64,000 nucleotides of DNA, taken from contig OZ024742.1 in NCBI GenBank assembly GCA_964016885.1, positions 174,592,001-174,656,000 of the forward strand. The letters are read 5' to 3'. The notes under the pieces are model-generated. The model made no database searches and was not told the DNA's origin. It was given only the letters and a program-made list of their open reading frames with translations. Positions 63,495 to 64,000 of the stretch are shown here, piece by piece. A program made the translations under genes and the position numbers. The DNA is from Eledone cirrhosa. Its lineage: Eukaryota. The first letter of the stretch is position 1. Each line of letters starts with the position of its first letter.

Positions 63495-63791
63495 CAGTTA
63501 CGATTTACATGATTTTCACTCTACAAACGTTTCAATGCAGGAGGGCAAACCATACCACAATAGATATACTGGGTGCTTGTCCACAGTTCTATATATCCTC
63601 TTATTAAAATTTTGAGCTCTGCAATTCATGTCATAACTGTCCATAACGTAGTCCACGGAGGTTGAAAAATCACCCAACCTTTTGTATTATTGTTTGACCA
63701 AGGATACGGATTAGCATTGAGCTTCTACACTCTTCACCACAATATATATTGATAAGCGCCAATATAACTTAACATATATATATATATATAT

Positions 63792-63888
63792 ATAAACGGA
63801 AAAAATGAAACGAAATTTCATTTCCCATTCTTAGTACGACTGTTACTAAGAGTGGGAAATGAAATTTCGTTTCATTTTTGCCGTTTAT
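63792..63888. repeat. Near-perfect inverted repeat (45-bp arms, 7-nt loop, 2 mismatches)
   Basis: ataaacggaaaaaatgaaacgaaatttcatttcccattcttagta-CGACTGT-tactaagagtgggaaatgaaatttcgtttcatttttgccgtttat. Confidence 0.92.
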
Positions 63889-63889
63889 C

Positions 63890-64000
63890 GTTTTCGGTGC
63901 ACCCGGCCGATTAACCCACTCGATATGCAAATTGGGCTACTCAGCCGTTAATATGCATAAGGTAAGTATATATTCAACAATCTGGCAGGAAGGTATACGT
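63890..64000 (+). mobile_element. Start of a Penelope-like pLTR homologous to the hammerhead-bearing element at 50950-51075
   Basis: Reverse complement (gtatacct..ctgcca...tgttgaa...cggctgagtagcccaatttgcat) aligns with 50991-51073 (gtatacctctgccaatctgttgaa...cggctgaatagcctcatttgcat). Confidence 0.6.

Overview
AT-rich, microsatellite-dense eukaryotic (animal) DNA with no convincing intact host gene. The SINE families present (tRNA-headed Meta-domain and CORE-like SINEs) and the RTE 3' tails resemble those I recall from coleoid cephalopods, probably Octopus; this is an inference, not a database result. Most of the window is nested transposon debris. Recognisable elements are a disrupted R4/Dong-type RLE LINE between (TAA)n tracts (5.4-8.7 kb), a GC-rich Ty3/Gypsy element with one LTR and a -1 frameshift signal (19.0-22.8 kb), a DD37D-like Tc1/mariner transposon (38.6-39.9 kb), several RTE LINE fragments, many SINEs, TTAA MITEs and a minisatellite foldback element (27-30.7 kb). 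The most notable signal, invisible in the ORF track, is a dispersed set of minimal type I hammerhead-ribozyme motifs (CUGANGA...GAAAC-palindrome-GUH) typical of Penelope-like retroelements. They repeatedly sit next to DNA palindromes, including a 606-bp spacerless palindrome with a hammerhead motif on each strand. All coordinates and pairings were read by eye; fragment boundaries are approximate.
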